A DNA stretch of 64,000 nucleotides from Myxococcota bacterium (GTDB lineage Bacteria > Myxococcota_A > UBA9160 > UBA4427): the NCBI GenBank assembly GCA_028278345.1, contig JANQEL010000227.1:43924-107923 (forward strand), read 5' to 3'. The notes below the pieces were generated by a model. It was not told where the DNA came from and ran no database searches. It saw only the letters and a program-made list of their open reading frames with translations. This document shows, piece by piece, positions 1 through 9,097 of the stretch; position 1 is the first letter of the stretch; every line of letters begins with the position of its first letter. Position numbers and translations under genes: made by a program.

Positions 1-65
1 TCTACCGCGCGAAGGCGTCCGGCCGCGACTGCGTCGTGGTCTTCGACGACGACATCGACGCCTGA
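1..65 (+). CDS. 3' end of a GGDEF-domain diguanylate cyclase (partial, runs off the left edge)
   Basis: Frame 3 reads YRAKASGRDCVVVFDDDIDA then TGA at 63-65. The YRAK..GR..V pattern is the usual C-terminal end of GGDEF domains. Only 20 codons are visible. Confidence 0.45.
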   Translation, partial: YRAKASGRDCVVVFDDDIDA

Positions 66-204
66 TCTTTGTCGCAGCGAGGCGTTCCCCCTCGCGTTTG
101 GCGTCGTGTATTGGCAACCCCTCGCCAACTCGGTTAGGGTCGCGAGACCGAAATGCGCTGGAAGGGTTCGTTCCTTCGCTCGCGTGTCGCAACGCTTTAG
201 AAAT

Positions 205-395
205 AGACACGCGCGCGAAGGTTCGTTTGGGAAGCCGGTGAGAATCCGGCGCGAGCCCGTCGCTGTAACTGGGGACAGCATCGACAAATTGCCACTGATC
301 CAAGGCGTGGACTTCCTGGCGAAGTCGCGCGGCGGATTGGGAAGGCGTCGATTGCTGGACGATCCAGAAGCCAGAAGACCGACCTTCCATCGTCC
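205..395 (+). promoter_or_regulatory. Cobalamin (B12) riboswitch
   Basis: Conserved core GGGAAGCCGGTGAGAATCCGGCGCGAGCCCGTCGCTGTAAC (229-269), GCCACTG (291-297) and B12-box-like AGCCAGAAGACCGACC (368-384). A P1-like pairing joins GAAGGTTCG (217-225) to CGACCTTC (380-387). It lies upstream of the 618-1439 gene on the same strand. Confidence 0.75.
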
Positions 396-617
396 ATGAA
401 GTAGACGTTCTTCTCCGGGTCCGAGAAGGAGTTTCGAACGTCGCGCTGCCCGCGCCGAGCGATCCGATGGATCACCCGGCACGGCGCCGAGCGCGACGGT
501 TCTCCTCCCCACCGAGCCCCGGCGCAGACGCCTGCGGCGCACTCGGTCCGCGCGCCGCAGGGACGGCCGCGGCAACACGTGCTGTTTGCCTTCGGGGAAA
601 CGAGGAGAACAACCCAG

Positions 618-1439
618 ATGAGCCATATCGCTCGCCGGGCGCGCCGCAGCGCCCTTCACCGCATCGTCACACTATTCGCCCTGGCCACCCTCGGCGTCGC
701 CGCCACCACGGCACAGGCGACCACGGTCAACTTCGACAGCTTTGCTCTCGACCCGAGCGGCTACTACAACGGCAGTGATCTCGCCGGTGGTTTCACCATC
801 GGCAACGCCGATTTCACGAACAACTTCACCGACTTCGGTGGAGGTTGCTGTTGGGATGGCTGGTCCGTCTCGAACCACGGCGACATCAGCACCCCCGGCT
901 TCGGCAACCAGTACAGCTCGTACACCGGCGGCGGCGTCGGGGGGAGCAGCAACTTCGGTGTTGGCTTCACCGACTCCGCGGACATCACCCTCAACGGCGC
1001 CACGGCGGTCACCGGCGCCTACCTCACCAACACCACCTACGCCGCGCTCTCGATGTTGAACGGCGACGCCTTCGCGAAGCAGTTCGGGGGGGCCTCGGGA
1101 ACCGATGCCGATTGGTTCAACGTCACGATCGAGGGGAAGCTCGGCGGCGCGTCGACGGGGAGCGTGGTCTTCTACCTGGCCGACTATCGATTCGCGGATT
1201 CGGCCGACGACTACATCATCGATGAGTGGACCTGGGTGGATCTTTCTTCCCTCGGGACCATCGACGAGCTCGACTTCACCTTCGGCTCTTCGGATGTCGG
1301 GACCTTCGGGATCAACACCCCGACCTATGTCGCGATCGATTCGCTCACGTCCGTTCCCGAGCCCGGCAGCGGAACGCTTCTGGCCTGCGGAGTCGCGCTA
1401 CTCGCGGGTCGACGGCGCAGTTCGATCCGACGCTCGTAG
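618..1439 (+). CDS. Secreted DUF4465-like protein with C-terminal PEP-CTERM sorting signal
   Basis: ATG at 618 is preceded by AGGAGA. The signal peptide is MSHIARRARRSALHRIVTLFALATLGVAATTAQA. The Gly/Asn/Trp-rich body (CCWDGWSVSN, DWFNVTIEG, FYLADYRF) resembles DUF4465. The C-terminus is VPEPGSGTLLACGVALLAGRRRS. Confidence 0.8.
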   Translation: MSHIARRARRSALHRIVTLFALATLGVAATTAQATTVNFDSFALDPSGYYNGSDLAGGFTIGNADFTNNFTDFGGGCCWDGWSVSNHGDISTPGFGNQYSSYTGGGVGGSSNFGVGFTDSADITLNGATAVTGAYLTNTTYAALSMLNGDAFAKQFGGASGTDADWFNVTIEGKLGGASTGSVVFYLADYRFADSADDYIIDEWTWVDLSSLGTIDELDFTFGSSDVGTFGINTPTYVAIDSLTSVPEPGSGTLLACGVALLAGRRRSSIRRS

Positions 1440-2393
1440 GGCGTGACGCAGACGACGTAGTACGCCGCGGCGCGGTGCATAGACCTGCACCGCGCCCGGT
1501 GGACGCGTCTTGAATCGACGGTGGCTCCAGATCCACTGCTCGGGTGCAGCGCGGATCGCGGCTTCGATCGCGGCGTTCATGCGCGCGACGTTGATCGCGA
1601 GCGCCTTCTCGCGCGCCTGCCCTTCGGGCTCGAACTCGAGGGGCGGGCCGATGCGCGCGGTGTGTCGCCCGCTGCGCCCATCGCGAAAGAAGAAGACGGG
1701 AACGACGGGAGCTCCGCGCGTCATCGCGAGCTGCGCGGGACCGCTTCGCGTGCAGGCCTGGATGCCGAGGAAGGGGGCGTACACGCCTTCCTCTTCGCTC
1801 GCGTTCTGGTCGAGCAGCAGCGCCACGTAGCGCCCGCGCGAGAGCGCGCGGAAGATGCCCAGGGCTGCACGCCCCATGGCGAGGGGCTCGAGGCCATTCG
1901 CTTCGCGCCAACCCGTGACGATGCGATCGATCTCGGCGTTTGCGAAGGGATGTTGAACGACGCTCACCGGCAGGCCGTGGTGTGCGAGGGCCGCCGCACA
2001 GAACTCCCAGGAACCGAAGTGGGCGGTCAGAACGAGCGCACCCGCTTTGCCCTGGTTGCGTTCGAGGGCTTCGAGGTTCTCGCGCCCCTCGATGCGGACC
2101 CGCTCGAAACCCGCGCGCGAGGGAAGCGCAACCATGCGAGCGAGTTCGGCGAAGCTGCGACCGAGGTTCGCGAAGCTCCCCTGGAGGATGCGCCTCCGCT
2201 CGGCTTCGTTCTTTTCGGGAAAGGCGAGACGCAGGTTCGCGCGGGCATCCCGGGTGCGCGGGCCACCGAACAGCGCATAGCTTCGAGCGAGGGCCGCGCA
2301 GAGTTCGCGAGCGAAGTTCGCGGGCAGGTGCCCTACGAGGTGAAGAGCGCCTCGTAGCCCGCCTGCGATCATGCGATCTGCGCTGCTCACCAC
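1398..2393 (-). CDS. LpxL/HtrB-family lipid A biosynthesis (lauroyl/myristoyl-type) acyltransferase
   Basis: LTAHFGSWEF matches the H(F/L)GNWE catalytic motif of late lipid A acyltransferases. It is about 331 aa and is the last gene of the 14278-1398 operon. Its 3' end overlaps the convergent 618-1439 gene by 42 nt. Confidence 0.75.
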   Translation of the reverse strand: MVSSADRMIAGGLRGALHLVGHLPANFARELCAALARSYALFGGPRTRDARANLRLAFPEKNEAERRRILQGSFANLGRSFAELARMVALPSRAGFERVRIEGRENLEALERNQGKAGALVLTAHFGSWEFCAAALAHHGLPVSVVQHPFANAEIDRIVTGWREANGLEPLAMGRAALGIFRALSRGRYVALLLDQNASEEEGVYAPFLGIQACTRSGPAQLAMTRGAPVVPVFFFRDGRSGRHTARIGPPLEFEPEGQAREKALAINVARMNAAIEAAIRAAPEQWIWSHRRFKTRPPGAVQVYAPRRGVLRRLRHALRASDRTAPSTRE

Positions 2394-2417
2394 TTCGCCC
2401 TCTTCTCTCCGCGCGCG

Positions 2418-2816
2418 CTACGGGGTCGTCGATTCCTCGCGCTTGCGTGTGAAGCGCACCCCCGTCCAATCCAGCACACCCGCAATCGGTCGGGGCTTGC
2501 GAACTGTCATCGTCACGAAGTCGATCGGGAAGCGATCGAAGAGCGCGTCGGCGATGCGCTGGCCCAGCGCTTCGACAAGCTTGTGCTCGCGACCGCCCGC
2601 GACCTTCTCCACCACCTCGTACACCTCACCGTAGTCGACGGTGTGGGTGAGATCGTCCGAACGACCGGCCTGCGTGAGATCGAAGCCGAGTTCGAGATCG
2701 AGGCGCACGGGCCTTCTCATCCGTCTCTCGGCCTCGCTGACGCCGAGGGCCGAAGGCACCTCGATGCCTTCCAGAAGGATCACGTCGGGTTCTCGTTCGC
2801 GGCTGCGCTCGCTCAT
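2418..2816 (-). CDS. folB: Dihydroneopterin aldolase family protein (FolB-like)
   Basis: 132 aa. ILLEGIEVPSALGVSEAERR...VDYGEVYEVV...LVEALGQRIADAL is a typical FolB/tunnelling-fold pattern. It starts 12 nt after the ACC stop. Confidence 0.75.
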   Translation of the reverse strand: MSERSREREPDVILLEGIEVPSALGVSEAERRMRRPVRLDLELGFDLTQAGRSDDLTHTVDYGEVYEVVEKVAGGREHKLVEALGQRIADALFDRFPIDFVTMTVRKPRPIAGVLDWTGVRFTRKREESTTP

Positions 2817-2828
2817 GGCGGTACGACG

Positions 2829-5800
2829 TTACCGCGCTGCGGGCGAATCCAACATCGCGCGCAATTCCGCGATCAGCATGGAGCGCATCGCCTCGGGCTC
2901 GATGATCCGCTCGAGGGAGCCGACTTCGCGCGCGCGCTCGACGCTGTGGATCTCGTCGAATTCGGTGGCGAGCTCCGCCTGCTTCTCGAGGGTGACGTTT
3001 TCGATCATCGAGTCGAGGGCCTCACGCGCTTCGGTGGTGCCGCGTACGCGCAGCTCGCGCTCGCAACGCTTCACGCGCTCGTCGGCGAGGACGCGCACGC
3101 GGACGTCCCGCGCGAACACGACCTTGGCCGCGGGGCCACCGCCGATCACCGACGCGTAGGAGCCCGAGAGCGCGAACGCCTTCATCGAATCGTTGAGCTC
3201 CTGCGAGAAGACCACGTAGGCACCGCCGTGATAGCGCGACACCACCTGGAAGAGCAGCGGCCCTTCGAAGTTCACCACGGCAGTCGCGATCTCGGCGCCG
3301 TATTCGAGCTGCAGCTTGCGCAGGCTCTCGGGCGAACCGTCGAAGCCGGAGAGGTTCGCGAGCACCACCACCGGGCGACGGCCGCTCGCTGCGTTGATGG
3401 CACGCGCCACCTTCTTCGACGAGAGCGGGAAGAGCGTCCCGCCCGTCCACGATTCCGGTCCATCGAAGGGGCGATAGCCGTCGCGCGGCACGTTCTGGCT
3501 CTCGATTCCGATCACCGTCGTCGGCATGCCGCCGAGATGGGCGTCCCACACGATCGCGGTCTCGGCGCCCACCATCTGTCGCCAGCGTTCGAGATAGCCG
3601 CCATCCTGATCGATCACCGCCTTCATTACGCTGCGCATGTCGAAGGGGCGCTTGCGACCGGGGTTCGTCTCGTCGTTGAAGATCTCCCCCACGGTCTTGA
3701 AGTCGGAGCCCTCTTCCGCCGAGATCTCGACCTCGCACACCGAGCGATCGTCGGCGTCGGTAGTCTCGAACGAGCGCGGGCGGACTTCGTCGGGCGCCAC
3801 GTAGGTGTAACGGTAGTACTCGAACAGGGTCTGATAGGCCTCGGCGAGGTTGCGCGCGTAGTACTGCGCCTGGCCGTTCGGGCCCATGATGCGCTCGTAG
3901 CCGCCAATGGCCTCTTCGCTCTCGGCCGCGACCGCACCCGAGGCTTCGAGGGCCGCGCGACCGGTGAGCACCATCGAGGCGTGGGGCGTCATGATGAGGG
4001 CACCGCGGGTGTGCATCAGCATGGTGGCCAGCGCGTCGAAGTAGCTCTGCGCACCGACGTTCGTGCCCTGCACGATCAGGTTGATCTCACCACCGGCCTG
4101 GGTGAAGTTGACGATGCGCCGCACGACCCGCGCCGTCGCGTCGAGGTTCTCGGTGCCGCTGTCCATCGCGATCTTCGCGCCACTCGAAACCGGCACCCAT
4201 TCGAAGGGCACGCCGAGTTCTTCCGCGAGATCGAGGCCGGCGACCAGGCGATCGCACTCGGGGATCGAGAGCGCACCCATGCCGAGGGTCGGATCCGAGA
4301 GCGCGAGCACGCGCTTCATGCCTTCGGGGTGCTTGTCGGTCGGCGTCGAGATCACACCGAACACGACGCCCGCCGTGTTGGTTCCGGGTACGCGTTCGAT
4401 CGGAACGGCCCGCGGTGTCTGGGCCGATTCGTCGAGGTCGTACTCGACGAAAGTGCCGCGTGGGATGCCGCTCGAGCCGTTGCTGCGATTCGAACCGTGC
4501 GCGACCTCTTCCGTCACCTCGTCGGTGATGCGGCCTTCTTCGTCCGTCGTCAGCATGCTGATGACTTCGTAGGGGTAGACCCAACGCCTTCGGCGCGCGG
4601 CCACCACCTTGCGCTCGTAGTCGCCGGCGGGGCGCAGCGGCTCGTCGTGGGGTTCGCGCCAGGAGATCTCCATCTGCGGGCCCGTGTCGGTGATCACGAC
4701 TTCCAGAGCCTGCGCGGGGGCGTCGGGGGTTTCGGGATCGAGCTGCTGCAACCGCACGGTCACCTTCTCGAGGCCGAGATGGCGGGTCGCCGGCAGCAGG
4801 CGTCGCGCGAGCTTCGCCGCGGTGTCGCTGTCGATGACGATCGCGGGCGCGACGGCGATCGAGATCCGGTTCCACTGCAGGCGACGGCGCGGATCGCGGG
4901 TCTGCAACACGGTGCGCAGGCTACGCGCCGCACGGTGGAAGACGCGAACGAACGCGGGGATGCGCTTCTCCGCGTCCGCGGTCGCACCGGGGGAACGATC
5001 CCGCGCGTCGGCGAGCACGAACACCCGCTCGTCGCCGGGTTCTTCGCGGCTGCGGCCGTAGAAGGTGTAGATGCCTTCTTCGCCCGGCAGGCGTTCGAGT
5101 TCGAAATTGTCCAGGCGCGCGAGCGCAATGCGATCCGCGGTCTCGGGGTGCATTTCGTGCAGGCGCGTGTTCTCGCCGAACCCCTGGCCATCGCTCGCGG
5201 CTTCGAAGGTCTTGCACTGATCGTTGCCATCGTCCTGGATGAACCCCGTCACGAGACGACACGGCAGCGCGCTTCCCTCGAGTTCAGCGGCGACGCGCGA
5301 AGCGATTCTCTCGGCTTCCCCTTCGCCTTCGGGAAGGGATACGAGCAGTTCCATCGAGTGCGCGCGTTTGTCGCCACCCTGGGTGAGCCGCTCGGTAGCG
5401 CCCACGAGCGCCTTGGCGACCGCTTGCGGCGCATCCTTCTCACCCGGTGTAGCTGCGACGACGAGGCCGACGTCGGGATACTCGAAACAGAGCACGCGAA
5501 TGCCATCGCGCTTGATGAAGCTGCGCTGGCTCGGGATCGCGGGGGAGTAGACGCGCTGCACATGGGCCGCGAGGGCGATCTCGCGCAAGCTCGGGTCCGT
5601 CGCAGCGAGCCAGTTGCCCACGCGATCGAAGACACGCCTGGCCGCCGCGGCCACTTCGAGCATCACGCCCGCCGACGGTTCGCTGGGCCTGCTCTTGCTC
5701 TCGCTCTCGCGCAACCAGTTCTCGAGGTCGCGCGAGCGCTGCTCGGCCGCCTTCTCGACCTCGCGCTTCTCGAAGAGCACGTAGTTGGCTTCGTGGGAAG

Positions 5801-8486
5801 CGTCGGCGATGGTGTCCGAGAGCCGGCCGCGCATGCGCGTGATGCGGATCAATGTGCCCGAGAGCTTCGCGTCCTTGTCGAACTCGATGCCCGCTTCAGC
5901 CAATGCCGTCAAGTGACGCAGCACGGCGAGCACGAGGCGCAGGCGCAGACCCGTTTCGACCTGCGATGCGAAGAGCCGGAGCACGGCGCGCTCGAGGGCG
6001 TCGCTCGGTTCGAGCTGCTTGACGTCGTAGTGCGCGAGCGCGCGGCGAACGAGATCGAGGAATTCTTCGGCGATGCCGGCACCCTCGGCGCGCAGGCGTC
6101 GCACGAACATGCGGAAGCGCGCTTCGTTCGAGGGCCCGAGGTCACCCGAGATCGAGGCGCGGGGCGCGCTGATGAACATCTCTTCGGTGTCGACGAAACT
6201 CGAGAGCGCGTCGCGGATGCGCGAAAGCTGTTCGAGGAAGCCCAGGGAAACGCCTTCGGGGATCGGCGCTTCGAGGAAGGCGACGAGGCGTTCGCTGCGC
6301 TCGGGGTTGGCGTCGAAGCCGAGGAGCACGCGCCGCACCTCTTCGAGCACCGAATCGATCGCGGCCTTGCGGGCCGAGCGTTCCGCCCGATCGGCCGAAA
6401 CCAGATCGGGGTTGCCGAGGGGATCGTCGCCGTCGGGCTGGAAGAGCAGTGCGAGGGGATCGGTCTGCTCGGGCAACTCGATGCGCGAGCTCGCGCCGGC
6501 GCCGTCTTCGTCGTCCTTCGCCGGCTCGATCACGAGCAGCACTTCGCCCGCGCTCACCTGCTGGCCTTGACGTACGCGCACCTCGCTCACCACCCCGGAG
6601 ACCGGCGCGTTGAAGGCGATCTCCATCTTCATCGCTTCGACGAGGCCCAGCGGTTGGCCGGCCTGGACGGTGTCGCCTTCCTTCACCTGCACGGCGACCA
6701 CCATCGCGGGGGTGCCCGAAAGCACCTGCCCCGCGGTCTGCCAGCTGTAGCGATAGGGGTGGCCGTCGATCTCGATGCGCAGGCCGAGGTCGGAGGCGTC
6801 GTAGAGGATGCGGCGCACGCGGTCGTCGATTTGCAGGCGCGCGCGGTTCTGCCCCTCTTCACTCATGTAGGCGCCGACCACGCGCCCATCGAGATGCACG
6901 CGATAGCCCCACGCGCCGGTCGCGTAGACGGTGGTGCGGTAGCTCTCGCCCTCGAAGCTCACGTCGATCTGCTGGCCGGTGGAAGCGGGTATGCGTTCGG
7001 GCGCGATGCGCGAGACGTCGGAGTAGAAGTTGAGACGCGCAGCGGCGCGGCGGCGCTGATACGCGAGGATTGCCGCGGCTACGAAGGCGTCGCGCGCGGT
7101 CGGGTCGTCGGTCTTCGAAGCGGGGCGTTCGCGCCGATCGAGCCAGCCGGTATCGACGGCGCCGCCGCGATACTCGGGGCTGTTGAGCACTTCGAGCAGA
7201 TAGCCGCGGTTCGTCGCGCCGCCTTCGATCACGACTTCCATGTCGTGCAGCACGCACTCGAGTCGTGCGAGCGCGTCGTCGCGATCATCGCCGATCGCGA
7301 TCACCTTGGTGACGAGGGAGTCGAAATCCGGCGGCACGGTGCTCCCGGCCAACACCCCCGAATCGATTCGCACCCGCGGGCCCATGGGCGGCTCGAAGCG
7401 AACGATGCGCCCGGGCGAAGGCAGGAACCCCTGGTCGGGATCTTCCGCGCAGAGGCGGGCTTCGATCGCGACCCCTCGTTCGTTGATCTCGACGTCCTTG
7501 ATCGACTCGCCGCGGGCGATGCGGATCTGCAGCTGGACGAGATCGATGCCCGTGATCTCCTCCGTGATGCCGTGCTCGACCTGGAGGCGTGGATTCACTT
7601 CGAGGAAGTAGAAGTGATTGCCCTGGAGCAGGAACTCGACGGTCCCCACACCGGAGTAGTTGACGTGCGAAGCGATGCGCACCGCGGCCGCTTCGATGTC
7701 GGCGCGCAGCTCTGCCGAGAGATCCGGCGGCGGCGCTTCTTCGAGCACCTTCTGATGGCGGCGCTGCACCGAACAATCTCGCGAGCCGACCGCGATCACG
7801 CTGCCGTGGAGGTCGGCGGCGATCTGGACCTCGATGTGGCGGCCGTTCTGCACGCGCTGTTCGAGAAAGAGGCGATCGTCACCGAAGGCGCCCTTCGCTT
7901 CGGCCGCAGCCGAGCGGAAGCCTTCGGCGAGCTCGTCCTCGCAGTCGATCATGCGGATGCCGCGACCACCGCCACCGGCCGTGGCCTTGATGACGACGGG
8001 GAAACCGATCTTGCGCGCGTGTTCGAGGGCTTCGTGTTCGTCCTTCAGTTCGCCGCCGCTCCAGGGCGAAACGGGAACCTGGGCTTCTTCGGCGGCGAGC
8101 TTCGAAGTGATCTTGTCGCCGAGGGAGCGCATCGCGGCAGCAGTCGGGCCGAGGAAGACGATGCCGGCTTCGCTGAGCTTGTCGACGAAGTCGGGGCTCT
8201 CCGCGACGAAGCCCCAGCCGGGCCAGACGGCGTCGGCTTCGACCTGCCTGAGCGCGGCCAGCACGCCTTCGTGATCCAGATAGGCCGAGACGGCGCCACC
8301 GGGATGGGAGATCTCGATCGCGCGATCGGCCTGACGCACGAAGGGAGCGTCGCGATCGGGGTGGGTGTAGAGGGCGACCACTTCGAGGTCGCTGCGCTCG
8401 TGGGCGCGCAGGCTCTTGACCGCGCGCACGCAGCGCATCGCGGCTTCGCCGCGGTTCACGATGGCGAGACGTCGAATTTCGGTCAT
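2829..8486 (-). CDS. Single-chain multidomain acetyl/acyl-CoA carboxylase (biotin carboxylase - BCCP - long central region - carboxyltransferase), about 1885 aa
   Basis: The N-terminus MTEIRRLAIVNRGEAAMRCVRA and GFPVVIKATAGGGGRGIRMI indicate an ATP-grasp biotin carboxylase. The biotinylation motif is EAMKMEIAF. The C-terminal half is carboxyltransferase-like (GGAYVVFS, SGFDGSPESLRKLQLEYGA). I chose the ATG at 8486 because it overlaps the upstream stop as ATGA. Confidence 0.9.
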   Translation of the reverse strand: MTEIRRLAIVNRGEAAMRCVRAVKSLRAHERSDLEVVALYTHPDRDAPFVRQADRAIEISHPGGAVSAYLDHEGVLAALRQVEADAVWPGWGFVAESPDFVDKLSEAGIVFLGPTAAAMRSLGDKITSKLAAEEAQVPVSPWSGGELKDEHEALEHARKIGFPVVIKATAGGGGRGIRMIDCEDELAEGFRSAAAEAKGAFGDDRLFLEQRVQNGRHIEVQIAADLHGSVIAVGSRDCSVQRRHQKVLEEAPPPDLSAELRADIEAAAVRIASHVNYSGVGTVEFLLQGNHFYFLEVNPRLQVEHGITEEITGIDLVQLQIRIARGESIKDVEINERGVAIEARLCAEDPDQGFLPSPGRIVRFEPPMGPRVRIDSGVLAGSTVPPDFDSLVTKVIAIGDDRDDALARLECVLHDMEVVIEGGATNRGYLLEVLNSPEYRGGAVDTGWLDRRERPASKTDDPTARDAFVAAAILAYQRRRAAARLNFYSDVSRIAPERIPASTGQQIDVSFEGESYRTTVYATGAWGYRVHLDGRVVGAYMSEEGQNRARLQIDDRVRRILYDASDLGLRIEIDGHPYRYSWQTAGQVLSGTPAMVVAVQVKEGDTVQAGQPLGLVEAMKMEIAFNAPVSGVVSEVRVRQGQQVSAGEVLLVIEPAKDDEDGAGASSRIELPEQTDPLALLFQPDGDDPLGNPDLVSADRAERSARKAAIDSVLEEVRRVLLGFDANPERSERLVAFLEAPIPEGVSLGFLEQLSRIRDALSSFVDTEEMFISAPRASISGDLGPSNEARFRMFVRRLRAEGAGIAEEFLDLVRRALAHYDVKQLEPSDALERAVLRLFASQVETGLRLRLVLAVLRHLTALAEAGIEFDKDAKLSGTLIRITRMRGRLSDTIADASHEANYVLFEKREVEKAAEQRSRDLENWLRESESKSRPSEPSAGVMLEVAAAARRVFDRVGNWLAATDPSLREIALAAHVQRVYSPAIPSQRSFIKRDGIRVLCFEYPDVGLVVAATPGEKDAPQAVAKALVGATERLTQGGDKRAHSMELLVSLPEGEGEAERIASRVAAELEGSALPCRLVTGFIQDDGNDQCKTFEAASDGQGFGENTRLHEMHPETADRIALARLDNFELERLPGEEGIYTFYGRSREEPGDERVFVLADARDRSPGATADAEKRIPAFVRVFHRAARSLRTVLQTRDPRRRLQWNRISIAVAPAIVIDSDTAAKLARRLLPATRHLGLEKVTVRLQQLDPETPDAPAQALEVVITDTGPQMEISWREPHDEPLRPAGDYERKVVAARRRRWVYPYEVISMLTTDEEGRITDEVTEEVAHGSNRSNGSSGIPRGTFVEYDLDESAQTPRAVPIERVPGTNTAGVVFGVISTPTDKHPEGMKRVLALSDPTLGMGALSIPECDRLVAGLDLAEELGVPFEWVPVSSGAKIAMDSGTENLDATARVVRRIVNFTQAGGEINLIVQGTNVGAQSYFDALATMLMHTRGALIMTPHASMVLTGRAALEASGAVAAESEEAIGGYERIMGPNGQAQYYARNLAEAYQTLFEYYRYTYVAPDEVRPRSFETTDADDRSVCEVEISAEEGSDFKTVGEIFNDETNPGRKRPFDMRSVMKAVIDQDGGYLERWRQMVGAETAIVWDAHLGGMPTTVIGIESQNVPRDGYRPFDGPESWTGGTLFPLSSKKVARAINAASGRRPVVVLANLSGFDGSPESLRKLQLEYGAEIATAVVNFEGPLLFQVVSRYHGGAYVVFSQELNDSMKAFALSGSYASVIGGGPAAKVVFARDVRVRVLADERVKRCERELRVRGTTEAREALDSMIENVTLEKQAELATEFDEIHSVERAREVGSLERIIEPEAMRSMLIAELRAMLDSPAAR

Positions 8487-9097
8487 GCCGCCACTCCTCG
8501 CGTTTCGACCGCGTAGGCGAGCCAATCGCCGTGATGGGAAAGCGAGAGACTCATGTCGAGGGGTTCTCCGTCGAGGCGGAGCTTCGGAATGCGTCCGCTC
8601 TTCGTGATGTCGACGCGGTTCGGGTCGACATCGAGTTGCTTCGCGAAGGCTTCGCGAGCGAGCTGGCGCACCTGCGTGCTCGGATCCCCTTCCGAGCCGC
8701 CCTCGGCGGTGCCGCGAGGCACGACTGCGCGGAGTACGTATGTGAAGTCACTCGGAGCCCGCGCAGCGAGGGCGTGCACGCGATCGCTCCCGGGTTCGAG
8801 CACCACGAGGAACTGCCCGCTCGTGTGCCGCACGGGCATCCAGGTCTCCGCCCAGCGCTTCTCGAACCACACCTCGAATGCGCGAGGTGAGAAGATCGTG
8901 CTCGGGTCTTCTTGCTTGGCGGCCTTGAAACACGCTTCCTTTGCGGCCCAGAGCTGCCAGCGCGTGGTCTTGCCGAGTTGGTCGCGCTCGATCGCAGCGC
9001 GCTCGGCGTCGCGAAACACGCGCGCGTCGAAACGCTGGCTGTACGTCGTGATGTCGGCGTCGACGTCATGGATGTCCACCACATCATTGCCGACCAT
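8483..9097 (-). CDS. 4'-phosphopantetheinyl transferase
   Basis: Starts MVGNDVVDIHDV (the GxDxxxI opening of PPTases) and contains WAAKEACFKA and SLSHHGDWLAYAV. About 204 aa. Its ATG at 9097 overlaps the PlsC-type gene, and its stop overlaps the ACC start (ATGA). Confidence 0.75.
   Translation of the reverse strand: MVGNDVVDIHDVDADITTYSQRFDARVFRDAERAAIERDQLGKTTRWQLWAAKEACFKAAKQEDPSTIFSPRAFEVWFEKRWAETWMPVRHTSGQFLVVLEPGSDRVHALAARAPSDFTYVLRAVVPRGTAEGGSEGDPSTQVRQLAREAFAKQLDVDPNRVDITKSGRIPKLRLDGEPLDMSLSLSHHGDWLAYAVETRGVAA

Noticed and set aside
408-440. Possible riboswitch expression-platform terminator (stem 408-415/423-430 followed by GTTTCG)
   Set aside because: The stem is short, includes a G-U pair and is followed by only three U residues. 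It is also still about 180 nt from the start codon. I cannot say whether regulation is transcriptional or translational.
2583-8516. 1977-aa ORF on the plus strand, the longest ORF in the window
   Set aside because: It is the exact antisense shadow of the carboxylase gene. Its translation is Arg/Gly/Ala/His/Asp-rich low-complexity sequence with no motif, whereas the minus-strand frame has unmistakable BC, BCCP and CT motifs. Long antisense ORFs are expected at this GC content.
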